Below are positions 21,492-31,563 of a DNA stretch of 64,000 nucleotides, in pieces. Source of the DNA: a bacterium (lineage in GTDB: Bacteria; UBA8248); contig CBDATS010000004.1 in assembly GCA_965200245.1 (NCBI GenBank), positions 480,001 through 544,000 on the forward strand, written 5' to 3'. Numbering within the stretch: the stretch's first letter is position 1; the number at the start of each line of letters is the position of its first letter. The notes below the pieces were generated by a model. That model was not told the DNA's origin and did no database searches. It saw only the letters and a list, made by a program, of their open reading frames with translations. Made by a program: the position numbers and the translations under genes.

Positions 21492-22139
21492 ATGAGCTGG
21501 TCTGAACACATGGTCCGGGCAGGACCCTATCAAGCGTGTATAGATAACAAACCCGACCCCGAGAAACACCGGGATCATGTTGAGCCCTGGCTGTCGGCGT
21601 TGTTTCAGGCCGAGCACTTGAATGTCTTGCTCGGTAGTGGCCTTACGACAGCCGTCGCCTGTGCCGCGGGCGCTTCAATTGTCGACATGAGCCCGACTAC
21701 GTTTGATTGCGACTACGCTGACACTGTGACGCAGGCAGCACGGGAAAGCGCGCAGCGACTTGAACGCAAGAAACTCAACCTCGAACGCCCTTCCGAAGTG
21801 TCTCCAACCGTGCTCTCACAATTCAACACCTTTCCCCTCTATCGATTTGTCAACGGCTGCGATCAGGAGCTGGTGAAGCGTCTCGTGCCGGACGGACTCG
21901 GTCCGCTCTTGCGAGAGTTTCCGAGCCTTCCCACCCGACGCGTGATATTATTCGGCTGGGCGGCACCGGCCCCGATTCTCGTCGAGGTTCAGGAGGGCAC
22001 TGGAGAACATCGGTCCCACTCCCCGGATCCACTTTCTGGGACATGTGGGTCGCCAACCAAGAGTGCCATGTCAACTGGAAGAGCATCGCGCAAACTTGGC
22101 AAGGCAGCGACCCGCCCGACCCTTCGGGTTAGAAGATGA
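21492..22139 (+). pseudogene. chimera of a SIR2-family N-terminus and a HerA/DUF87 ATPase C-terminus (deleted Sir2-HerA system)
   Basis: EPWLSALFQAEHLNVLLGSG, then an abrupt switch near 21785 to RPSEVSPTVLSQ...DQELVKRLVPD...LPTR..GWA. Confidence 0.68.
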
Positions 22140-23562
22140 TGGTCGAGGGTCAGAATCTCGAATGGAAATCGTCTTGGCGGGACGAGTATCTTAAGTGGAT
22201 CTGCGGGTTCGCCAACGCCCAAGGCGGTGTCCTCATGATTGGCAAGAACGACCTCGGCGAGATTGTCGGCGTAAGGAACCCGCTACAACTGCTGGAGGAG
22301 ATACCCGGCAAGACGCAATCTCTGCTGGGCATCGTCGTGGACGTGAACCTCAAGTCCGAGACAGGCGGGGAATACCTGGAGATTACGGTCGAGCCCAGCC
22401 CCAATCCAATCAGCTATCGGGGCGAATACCATTACCGCAGCGGTAGCACCAGGCAGGTGCTGAGAGGCACTGCGCTGAACCAGTTCTTGCTCCGCAGACA
22501 TGGCCGCAACTGGGATGATGCACCAGTGCCGGGTGTTGGACTGAGCGAACTGGACCAAAGGACGTTGGTCGAGTTTCGTCGTCGCGACATCGCCAGCGGC
22601 CGACTGCAGCCTGATGTGCTAAACGAGTCCGACGACGACCTGATCGAGATGTTGCGTTTGCGCGAGGGCGAGTATCTGCGCCGCGCCGCGGTGTTGCTGT
22701 TTCATCCCGACCCGGTGCACTTCTTCGCCGGTGCTTTCGTAAAGATTGGCTACTTCCGGACGGAAACCGATCTCGTATACCAGGACGTCATTGAAGGCAA
22801 CCTGTTCACGCAGGTGGACCGCACCTTAGACCTGCTACGCACGAAGTACTCAAGGGCCGAAGTCTTCTACGACGGCATCTACCGACGTGAACCCCCCCCC
22901 AAGCACCCGGCGAGGCGCTGCGAGAAGCGGTACTCAACGCCGTCGCACACCGAGATTACGGCCATTCGGCACCAATCCAGATTCGCGTGTACGACGACCG
23001 CATCGTTTTGTGGAACCCGGGGATGCTGCCTCACGACTGGACGCTCGAAAAGCTCATGAGAGCGCATGCTTCCGCACCACAAAATCCAGGTATTGCCAAT
23101 GCGCTCTTCCGCGCCGGTTTGATCGAGGCATGGGGGCGCGGCATCGGCAACATCATCAAGGCATGTCGAGCCACGGGGACAGCCGAGCCACGATGGGAGG
23201 TAGAACCGAATGAGATGCGGCTAGAGTTCGTGTTCACCGAACCCGGTCACGGACCTCATCATCAAGACATGACGCACGAAACTTTGCGTCACGACCGATC
23301 ACGGCCAGAGTCGCTGAAAACGAGAATACTCCGGCAATTGGCAACCGGGCCAATGTCGAAAGCCGAACTCTCCAGGAACTTGGGGCAGAGACGGATCTCC
23401 GGTCAACTCAACACAGTGATTCGGCAACTCATTACCGACGGAAACATCGAATACACGATTCCCGAAAACCCCCGCAGCCGAGTTCAGCAATATCGCCTGA
23501 CGGACAAGGGGCGGAGCGTTGTCGATGGATTTTCGGACAGGACCACCGGGGCCAGGACATAA
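22136..23562 (+). pseudogene. AlbA_2 (Schlafen-like) / RecG-like ATP-binding protein with C-terminal wHTH, frameshifted at a C9 tract
   Basis: EGQNLEWK, CGFANAQGG; after the C run at 22892-22900 another frame gives ALREAVLNAVAHRDY...IEAWGRG...PRSRVQQYRLT. Confidence 0.8.
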
Positions 23563-23586
23563 CATACATAAGGGTACGGGAAGAAC

Positions 23587-23636
23587 ATGAAACTCCGTTT
23601 CGAACCCGAATCAATTTTCAATTGCAAGCAGTAGAC
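23587..23636 (+). pseudogene. 5' stub of a type III Res gene, copy 2
   Basis: ATGAAACTCCGTTTCGAACCC...TTTTCAATTGCAAG aligns by eye with 21226 ATGAAGCCTCGTTTCGAGTCC...TTTTCAGTTGCAGG. Confidence 0.6.
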
Positions 23637-24240
23637 ACCGGTAAACCCTTCGCGCAACTGCAGCAAGCGGCCATGAAGATAGCCGTGATGGGCAATATCC
23701 TGCGCCAGCACGATCCGGGCTTGAAAGCTGCTGTTAAGGCGAGCCTCGTGGGCGATGTGAAGCGCGCCTTCGAAAAACTGGGGCCCAACGTGGTCGAAAT
23801 CAGTCCGAGTCACAAACTGCGCCAGTAGCTCAACGCATATATCCGCGAACGCCTCGCACAGGAGGGATGTATCCACGGAACCGCAACGAAAAGGAATTGA
23901 ATCTGGTCAACAGCCGTACCGCCGAGGTGACGGGCGTGACCGGAGAGCGCGTGAGTTTTAAACTTGAGGATGTGCATAGGCTCGAACCGCAACCGCGCCA
24001 TCTCGACCATGCCTAGGGCATCTACCGTCCACATCTTCCAGGGCCGGGCGGTGGATGGCGTCATCGCCGCCATGGAGGCGAATCACCCCCACCTCACCAC
24101 GCAGAAAACTTCTACGTCGAGAGCAGACATGCGCGTGACCGGGCCGAATTCGTCACTGACGACGCGAAGGCCCTGTGCAAGCGGTTCGAAGCCGTCATCG
24201 GGGAGCGGATCCCGGCTTTGGAAGCACTCGGAGCAAACAG
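23630..24240 (+). mobile_element. fragments of the helicase domain of a MobF/TrwC-type conjugative relaxase
   Basis: AVDTGKPFAQLQ...ILRQHDP.LKAAV, STVHIFQGRAVD..IAAMEANHPHLTTQK, RARDRAE.VTDD; with stops, frameshifts and deletions. Confidence 0.72.
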
Positions 24241-24663
24241 GGCCAAAGAGACGGAACCGAAACAACTTCGACACCCGGGAGTATGCTGTACGGGCTGGAT
24301 ATATTGACAACCGGTCGCAGCCGTGCAGTTCATCCCCGACCATAGAACTTCATTAGAAACCCGGCGATCAATGAAAGATCCCATCCATCTCTTCCACGGT
24401 TCTGCCCGCGATGAGGCCGGTGCCCGGGTACGAGCAGAATGAGACAGGTATTCCTATGAGAAAGATGATTCCCCATGGAAATCATGTCTGGTCTGCGCCT
24501 GTCGTTTTACAGAAGTGCAGTTGATTTGTCAGACAAATATAATTCCATGGTGCACATCTTCCCTCCCTCGCTCTTTATTGAAGCACACTGTGCTATAATG
24601 GATGTGCAACGCGGGGGAACACGTCTGTTTCCCCGATTTTTCTTTGAACAGGACCTGCAAGCC

Positions 24664-25371
24664 ATGAACAGATTCCTCAGAGGTTTAGGGCGCGGATTCG
24701 AATGGATTCAAAAGGACATCGCTGCCGTCATGGAACGCGACCCTGCCTGCAGATCGAAAGCGGAAGTGATTTTCTGCTATCCGGGTTTTCACGCAGTCTG
24801 CCTGCACCGCATGGCCCATTACTTCTGGAAAAGGAAATTTCTGCTCGTCGCGCGATGGCTGAGTCACTGGAACCGATTCATAACGGGTATCGAAATTCAC
24901 CCTGGCGCGCGGATCGGCGAAGGGCTATTCATAGACCATGGGATGGGCGTCGTCATCGGAGAAACGACGGAAATCGGGAAAAACTGCACCATCTACCAGG
25001 GAGTGACGCTCGGCGGCGTGAGCCTCAAGAAAGAAAAAAGGCATCCTACTTTAGAGGACAATGTCGTCGTAGGAGTTGGCGCCCAGTTGTTGGGTCCGCA
25101 TATTATCGGCGCAGGCAGTTGCATCGGTGCAAGTTCAGTCGTCATCTCGGATGTTCCACCCGGCTGCACGGTCGTCGGCGTGCCTGCGCGCATCGTCTAC
25201 CGGGAGGGAAAAGGCAAAACGGATGTTCTGCTCCCTGTTTCTTTCGAACATCACGAGTTGCCAGACCCGGTGGAGGCGGCCATTCAGGTCCTGAACCAGC
25301 GCATTGCAACCCTTGAAAAAGAACTGTCCCATCTGCGGGCACCGATACAGGAAAAACAAGAGTCCCTATGA
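24664..25371 (+). CDS. cysE: serine O-acetyltransferase
   Basis: [37 protein letters not shown]. Confidence 0.95.
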   Translation: MNRFLRGLGRGFEWIQKDIAAVMERDPACRSKAEVIFCYPGFHAVCLHRMAHYFWKRKFLLVARWLSHWNRFITGIEIHPGARIGEGLFIDHGMGVVIGETTEIGKNCTIYQGVTLGGVSLKKEKRHPTLEDNVVVGVGAQLLGPHIIGAGSCIGASSVVISDVPPGCTVVGVPARIVYREGKGKTDVLLPVSFEHHELPDPVEAAIQVLNQRIATLEKELSHLRAPIQEKQESL

Positions 25372-26537
25372 AAACCATCTACATGGACCACAACGCAACC
25401 ACCCCGATGCGTTCTGAGGTCTTGGCCGCAATGCAACCCTATCTCGGCGAGAAGTTCGGAAACCCGAACAGCATTCACCGATACGGTCGCGAAACCAGAA
25501 TCGCGATTGAAAACGCCCGCGACCATGCGGCGGCCCTCATCGGTGCCACGGACAGTGATGAAATCTTCTTCACCTCCGGCGGAACGGAAAGCGACAACTG
25601 GGTGCTTCGGGGCGTCATCTCCGCCGCCCAGGGAACAAGTCATATCGTCACCACGGCTATCGAGCACGAGGCCGTACTCGCGACTTGCCAAATCCTAGAA
25701 ACGGAAGGGGTGTCGATCACCTACGTGAAGCCGAACCGGCAAGGGCGCGTTCTACCCGAGCACGTGGCCTCTGCGATTCGGCCGAATACGAAAATCGTGT
25801 CCGTCATGTGGGGCAACAACGAGGTCGGTACCCTTCAGCCGATTCATGAAATCGGCGCGATTTGCCGGGAACACGGGATATTGTTTCACACCGACGCCGT
25901 GCAGGTACTGGGCAAGGAGGAAATCGACGTAGAACGAGCCTGCGTGTCTCTGCTTTCTGCCAGCGGGCACAAAATCAACGCCTCCAAGGGCACGGGTTTT
26001 TTGTACGTCAAAAAGGGAACCAAGCTCGACCCCTTTATCACCGGAGGCGGACAGGAGCAAAAGCTACGCTCGGGCACTGAAAATGTGGCCGGCATCGTGG
26101 CGATGGGAGAAGCCTGCCGCCTTGCGAAAAAAGAAGGCCCGCAACTCGCAAAGAATATTTCCACCCTGAGAGATCGGCTCGAAAGCGAAATCTGCGAACA
26201 CATTCCCGACGTATTGGTCAACGGTGATACGGAGCACAGGCTTCCCGGCACTTCGAACCTTGGTTTTATCGGCGCGGAAGGGGAAACGCTCCTGATTCGC
26301 CTCGACCTGGAGGGCTTCGCCGTGAGCACGGGCGCAGCTTGCAGTTCGGGATCTCCCGAACCCAGCCACGTTCTGCTGGCGATGGATCTGCCCAAGGAAA
26401 CCGTGCAAGGTTCACTGAGGTTCAGTCTTGGCTTCGGCAACTCGGATACGGATATCGACAGGCTGCTCGATGTGTTGCCGGAGGCCGTGAGCAAGGTGCG
26501 TGAAATGGCCCCCCGCCAGAAATCAACAAAAACATGA
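25368..26537 (+). CDS. iscS: cysteine desulfurase (IscS/NifS group I)
   Basis: [31 protein letters not shown]. Confidence 0.93.
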   Translation: MKTIYMDHNATTPMRSEVLAAMQPYLGEKFGNPNSIHRYGRETRIAIENARDHAAALIGATDSDEIFFTSGGTESDNWVLRGVISAAQGTSHIVTTAIEHEAVLATCQILETEGVSITYVKPNRQGRVLPEHVASAIRPNTKIVSVMWGNNEVGTLQPIHEIGAICREHGILFHTDAVQVLGKEEIDVERACVSLLSASGHKINASKGTGFLYVKKGTKLDPFITGGGQEQKLRSGTENVAGIVAMGEACRLAKKEGPQLAKNISTLRDRLESEICEHIPDVLVNGDTEHRLPGTSNLGFIGAEGETLLIRLDLEGFAVSTGAACSSGSPEPSHVLLAMDLPKETVQGSLRFSLGFGNSDTDIDRLLDVLPEAVSKVREMAPRQKSTKT

Positions 26538-26546
26538 GAAGAACCT

Positions 26547-26930
26547 GTGGCTCCAAGAGATGATTATCACTATAATGAGACCGTGCTCGCCCACATTGCG
26601 GATCCCCACAACATCGGTGTCATCGAAGACGCGGACGCCGAGGGAAGCGGAACGAATCCCGCCTGCGGCGATGAAGTGACGCTTTATCTCAAATTCGAAG
26701 GCGAGGCGGTCTCGGATGCCAAGATTCGAATTCTCGGTTGCGGGGCAATTACCGCCGCCATGAGTTCCCTGACAGATTTGGTGCGCGGAAAAACCGCGGA
26801 GGAACTTGGAGAAATTACAGCCGAGGAAATCGCGCAAAGCGTCGGCGGCCTTCCCACCCACAAACGCCACTGCGCCACGCTCGCCCGACGTGTGCTACAA
26901 AATGCCTTAAAATCGAAAAGGGCAAACTGA
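26547..26930 (+). CDS. iscU: Fe-S cluster scaffold (IscU/NifU N-terminal domain)
   Basis: NPACGDE, GCGA, KRHCA: the three conserved Cys. Confidence 0.9.
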   Translation: MAPRDDYHYNETVLAHIADPHNIGVIEDADAEGSGTNPACGDEVTLYLKFEGEAVSDAKIRILGCGAITAAMSSLTDLVRGKTAEELGEITAEEIAQSVGGLPTHKRHCATLARRVLQNALKSKRAN

Positions 26931-26937
26931 CACGCAG

Positions 26938-27399
26938 ATGAGGACTTCGCAGCCCGCCCAAATATTCGAACTAGACGCCTTCAAGGGTTGGGCGCTTCGT
27001 ACCGGAGCCGCTGCCAGCCCCGAGATCATCGGTCTCACCCAGGCCCGCTTGCTCAAGATATGCGCGAACCTCCCCGGAATCGGCCCCGCTTGTGGATTCG
27101 ACCATGGAGAAGGGGGATATGAAGCCTGCCGGCAAGCACTTACGGATCTACCTATGCCCGAAGAACTCCACGAGACGAACTTTCCGGGCGGATGGCACGC
27201 GGCAGGAACGCACATCGGGGGATACGATACACTGGCCATCACATTGGAAGAAATGCTGAACCAGTGGCTGCCGCATAGCGGATTCAAGAGAAGAGAAGGC
27301 CCGGTGATGTACCGATACTTGACCGACCCGCGCGAGACGGCGGAAGCCGAAATCAGAACTGAAATTTGCGTGCCCGTTCAGCCCGACCCGATCGAGTGA
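26938..27399 (+). CDS. GyrI-like effector-binding domain protein (possibly truncated)
   Basis: PGG...HIGGYDTL...WLPHSG...YLTDP...RTEICVPV. Confidence 0.65.
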   Translation: MRTSQPAQIFELDAFKGWALRTGAAASPEIIGLTQARLLKICANLPGIGPACGFDHGEGGYEACRQALTDLPMPEELHETNFPGGWHAAGTHIGGYDTLAITLEEMLNQWLPHSGFKRREGPVMYRYLTDPRETAEAEIRTEICVPVQPDPIE

Positions 27400-27820
27400 G
27401 TGGCTCTGGCAAGACACATTTTTGTATTATCAGGGACCTCGCGCAGGCACAGGGCCTGTCCCACTACGGGCCCCATATGATTCGGAGCGAACTCGCAGGG
27501 TCGATCGCCTGTACCCCGTGATCGACCTGTCTCACGAACTCCCTCCCCTTCGAGATGGACCGTTCACGAGCCAAGCAACTCTCCATTCCCCATATTATGG
27601 GAATTACCCAAGACCGGTGTGAACAAAACAAGTGCAACGGTAGTCGACGATACCACTCAAGAAACACTGCATCGTTTGTCAAGGAACGGGCGAACAAGGA
27701 AGCCATGGTTAGCCTGCCAGGCGATCCTTTGTTCGTTGAACCCTCTGATTTTTTTTGTGCTTGATTGCGCGTTTATGCACATTTTTGTATCGGCAAATAA
27801 ACCGAAATCAACAAAAATAT

Positions 27821-28257
27821 CTATTTTCCTTCATTTTCTGCAGGGGTCGTGGAGGACAAGTATTTCATAAGCGCCCCGGTTAATACCCTGATATCAGCTT
27901 TGATTTCCTTTCCTAACTCTCCGATTTTTGCGTCGATCTTCGCATCCAACTCATCGATCTTCGTGTCGATCTTCGCATTCAACTCATTGATTTTTCTATC
28001 GATTTTCGTATCCAACCTGTCGATCTTTCCGCTTACTTTTCCCAAGAAAGAATTGAGGTTTGCAATATCACCGTCAATTCTTTTCATCTCCGTGGATAGA
28101 CTAGCTGTAACTGCTGTAAATCGAGCTATTGTTTCTCGTCATGTTCTGCGAGCGCCCATCCACCCACGCCACCCAGCAAACCGAGCACCGCAATGAGCAG
28201 AATACCAATATCCCGCCATGCAGATTGTTCCTTGATCCATTTGAACCGCTCGCTCAT
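27821..28257 (-). pseudogene. membrane-anchored coiled-coil protein with KID-type repeats, one-base frameshift near 28135
   Basis: ATG at 28257 gives a hydrophobic helix (IGILLIAVLGLLGGVGGW) then TAG; the shifted frame reads ETIARFTAV...MKRIDG into the repeat ORF. Confidence 0.6.
27900..28032 (-). repeat. about four imperfect 33-bp (11-aa) tandem repeats
   Basis: GKIDRLDTKID / RKINELNAKID / TKIDELDAKID / AKIGELGKEIK. Confidence 0.75.
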
Positions 28258-28586
28258 CAGGTTATCCCCCCATTTCAGATAAAAATATCGGGCTTTTTAA
28301 GGAGGGTGTCAAATATCTTCAAAACCAAGTCCTCATACTCAAGCGTGAAGCTATTATTATGCCACCAATTCCTGCAAGTAACCCTTCGCCCGTCCATACC
28401 TTTGTCCAATGATTTATGCGATCCATCGTTTCAATCTCACAATGAACTCATTCAGCCAGAACGTAACATGAATCACTGAAAAAATCAAGAAATTTTGTTT
28501 TATATACTCTTTTTATTCGTCATTATGCGATAATATCCATGCCATTTTCTGCAAAATTACAAATGTAATTCCCTGTTATCGATAGT

Positions 28587-31538
28587 TCACGTCTTGGAGA
28601 TTCGACATAATAGACTTTTCAGATTCGTCTGGTCCGAGGCCGGATCACGCTGCGTGATATCCGTCAGGAAATTTACCGACCGCCATGGATGGTAAGGCTG
28701 ACGCTCCCCCCAGCCGATGGGAACGAATACCGAGTCCTCCCTGATGCCCGCATTCACCCAGGCCATCGCCTCAATGGCGCCGTGCGCGGTTTCCACCCGG
28801 ACTTTCTCTCCATCTTCGATTTTCAATTCCTGCGCTTTTTGAGGATGGATCTGGCAGTAGAGGTCGGGCCACATCTCCTGCGCCTGCCAGAAATAATGCG
28901 TCCAGCTATGAAAATGCGGAGCGGGCGGGCGACCCGTTATCAGCGTCGTTTCATAGCCTTTCCGGCGAAGCGCATCACCCAGGTTTTGCTCGTCCGGCTG
29001 GACGATTCTGGCGACGCGAGAACCCGTAGGCGTCTTGCTAAAGGGAGAGATGATTTCCAGATCATCATCGCCATGTTCATATTCGAGATACGGCAAACCC
29101 AGGAGATTCTCTTTCTCGCTGTAAAACTCCGGCAGCGCGGAAAGTCCTACTTTAGAGAATTTTTCCTCCAACGCTTCCGTCCAGAACTCAAGCCGCCCGC
29201 TCGGCGTGGGAAAGCGCTTGCCCTCGGGTTGCCCGGTGGCGGTCGTTCCTTCGAGATACAGGGTTTCCTGCTCGGGGGCATCCTCGCTCGCGACGGGAAA
29301 GCGCACCCACCGATAGGGAACCGAGTGGAGCCGTTTCTGCGTCACACCCCGCAAAAAATCGTTGTCGATGCACATCTCGTCCCAAAACGTCCCAGGATCC
29401 TTGTATTCCTCTTTCATGACATCACCGAACCCGAGGCGCTTGCCGAGTTCTATCCATATCCAGCCATCGGGCTTCGCCTCTCCCGGCGGATCGATCATCC
29501 TGTCTATCCATACGATTCTTCTATCGTCATTCGTACGGCCCAGTTCCCCTTTTTCGATTCCGCCCGCCGCAGGAAGCACATAATCCGCAAACGCAGAGGT
29601 TTCATTCGCGAACAATTCGATGTGGACGATGAGATCGAGTGCATGAAAGGCCGCTCGCGCGTCATCCTGGCCCGGCCATTGCGCCAGTGGATTGTTGCAC
29701 GTAATAAGGCCCTTGATGTGATACGGCTTGCCCTCGCGCATGGCACTCAACCAACCAGCCGGGCTTCTGCGGACCATCGGCTTCCCAATTTCCGCCCTCC
29801 TGTGCTTCGGTGCGTTGGCGGCGATTGGCGGGCCCGCAGTCATGTTCACATAGGCACCGCCCTTGCGGCCCCAATTTCCCGTTATCGCGGCAACGAACAT
29901 GAACGCCCGGTTCGTTTGCACCGAGTTGGTGTGCTGATTGATTCCCCGGCTCCCGAAAATAACGCAGCCATCTGCCTTCGCCACGCCTGCAGAGAGCGCG
30001 CGAATATCTCCCGCGGTTATGCCCGTGACGGCCTCCGCCCATTCGGGGGTATATCCCCTGGAAAATATGAAGTCGCGCCAGCGCTCCCAGCCGAGCACCC
30101 ATTCATCACAAAAACGCTCATCGTGCATGTCTTCGGAGAGAATATGGTGCGCCATGGCGAGAGCGAGAGCCATGTCGGTTCCCGGGCGGATGGCAAGCCA
30201 TTGATCCGCCTTACTCGCCGTGGCGGTATACCTCGGGTCCACCACCACCATCCTTGTCTTGTGCTTTATGCGCCAGTCGTTCACCTTGCCGAAGTAGACT
30301 GGCCGCGTCTCCGCCTGGTTGTCTCCGACATAGAGATACATTCCGGCACTTCCGATATCTTCAGGCGTGTAGCTGTTTCCATTGCCGTTCAACCCGTGCG
30401 TCACCTCGTAGGCGACTACCTTGCCCGCCGCACAAAAGGGATCTGTCCCCTGCAAATTGGGCGTGCCCCACATCTGGCTGAACAGTCGCACATAGCCTTT
30501 CTGCGTAATCAAACCCGTACGGGTTCCCACGAAAAGCGCCAGCGCCTCAGGACCCCAGCGATCCTTGAGAACTTCGAGTTTCGCGGCGATTTCATCGAGT
30601 GCCTGCTTCCAGGAGATGCGCTCGAATTCACCATCGCCCCGGCGGCCGACACGCTTGAGAGGATATTTCAGGCGGTGTTCGTTGTGATGAAGTTGAAGCG
30701 TGAACTGCGCCTTGGGGCAGAGTTTTCCGTCCAGAACGGGATCCTCGTCGTTCCCTGTCACGTTGATGAGCCTGTCACCCTGAAAATGGAACTTGGCGCT
30801 GCAGCAGTTGAAACAGAAATTACATCCACCGGGCACGACGCGGTCCGCCTGAAGGGACTTTTTGTCATGCAGGCAGGGGAAATCGGGGCCTTTTTCCTCG
30901 AAAACGTCCCTTGCTTCCGGGAGTTCCACGAATCGAGGACGACTCGGGTTTTCATGCGAACCGGAACCATCCTTTCCGTTCAAGCAACTGTTCTCTCTGG
31001 CGACTTTCTCCAGATATATCGTCTGCGGTTTCAAGAGAAAATGATCGTGATCACGAAGATGCCGACCTTCTTCCTCTGCCTTTTCGAGGAGGTTTTCCCT
31101 CTCGCCGAACGAGATGGCATAGCCCGGACAAATTTCCGTGCAGGCGGGTTCCAGACCCTTTTCCCGCCTGTCCGGGCAAAGATCGCATTTCACCGAATGA
31201 TGGCCTTGCGCATCATAACCCATCGCGCTGTAGGGACACGCCATGACACACTCCCCACAACCTGTGCAAAGCGCCTCATGAACTTCCACCACGCCGGTGT
31301 CGGGGTCTTTCGTTATCGCCTTGGGGTGGACAGGACAGGCTCTCAGGCAAGCGGGCCGCTCGCAATGCTGGCACGTCAGTGTGAGGAAATCGGGCGCACC
31401 CGTGGAGGCGTTCCCCAGCCAGACCACCTTGTTCCGGTATTGGCCAGGGCCGAGTCTGTGCTCCTGCTTGCAGGCCGCCTCACAACTCTTGCAGCCGAAG
31501 CATCGTTCCAAGTCTATCATCAAGGCTAGCCGGCCCAA
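28587..31538 (-). CDS. Mo/W-bisPGD oxidoreductase with a fused N-terminal four-cluster ferredoxin (DmsB-like) domain
   Basis: four Cys groups in the first ~140 aa; then CNFCFNCC...CPK, KYPLKR, VVVDPR, RPGTD, ADYVLPA and a C-terminal molydop-binding domain. Confidence 0.9.
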   Translation of the reverse strand: MGRLALMIDLERCFGCKSCEAACKQEHRLGPGQYRNKVVWLGNASTGAPDFLTLTCQHCERPACLRACPVHPKAITKDPDTGVVEVHEALCTGCGECVMACPYSAMGYDAQGHHSVKCDLCPDRREKGLEPACTEICPGYAISFGERENLLEKAEEEGRHLRDHDHFLLKPQTIYLEKVARENSCLNGKDGSGSHENPSRPRFVELPEARDVFEEKGPDFPCLHDKKSLQADRVVPGGCNFCFNCCSAKFHFQGDRLINVTGNDEDPVLDGKLCPKAQFTLQLHHNEHRLKYPLKRVGRRGDGEFERISWKQALDEIAAKLEVLKDRWGPEALALFVGTRTGLITQKGYVRLFSQMWGTPNLQGTDPFCAAGKVVAYEVTHGLNGNGNSYTPEDIGSAGMYLYVGDNQAETRPVYFGKVNDWRIKHKTRMVVVDPRYTATASKADQWLAIRPGTDMALALAMAHHILSEDMHDERFCDEWVLGWERWRDFIFSRGYTPEWAEAVTGITAGDIRALSAGVAKADGCVIFGSRGINQHTNSVQTNRAFMFVAAITGNWGRKGGAYVNMTAGPPIAANAPKHRRAEIGKPMVRRSPAGWLSAMREGKPYHIKGLITCNNPLAQWPGQDDARAAFHALDLIVHIELFANETSAFADYVLPAAGGIEKGELGRTNDDRRIVWIDRMIDPPGEAKPDGWIWIELGKRLGFGDVMKEEYKDPGTFWDEMCIDNDFLRGVTQKRLHSVPYRWVRFPVASEDAPEQETLYLEGTTATGQPEGKRFPTPSGRLEFWTEALEEKFSKVGLSALPEFYSEKENLLGLPYLEYEHGDDDLEIISPFSKTPTGSRVARIVQPDEQNLGDALRRKGYETTLITGRPPAPHFHSWTHYFWQAQEMWPDLYCQIHPQKAQELKIEDGEKVRVETAHGAIEAMAWVNAGIREDSVFVPIGWGERQPYHPWRSVNFLTDITQRDPASDQTNLKSLLCRISKT

Positions 31539-31563
31539 GGTTCGCTCCTTGAAGATGTGCGGG

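Noticed and set aside
24280-24355. minus-strand MKFYGR... stub resembling the start of an AAA ATPase
   Set aside because: Too short to support.
28689-31529. 946-aa plus-strand ORF, and similar long antisense ORFs at 16785-18050, 38513-40111, 40130-41599 and 43968-45089
   Set aside because: These are antisense shadows of clearly recognisable minus-strand genes, expected with GC-rich codon usage, and show no motifs.
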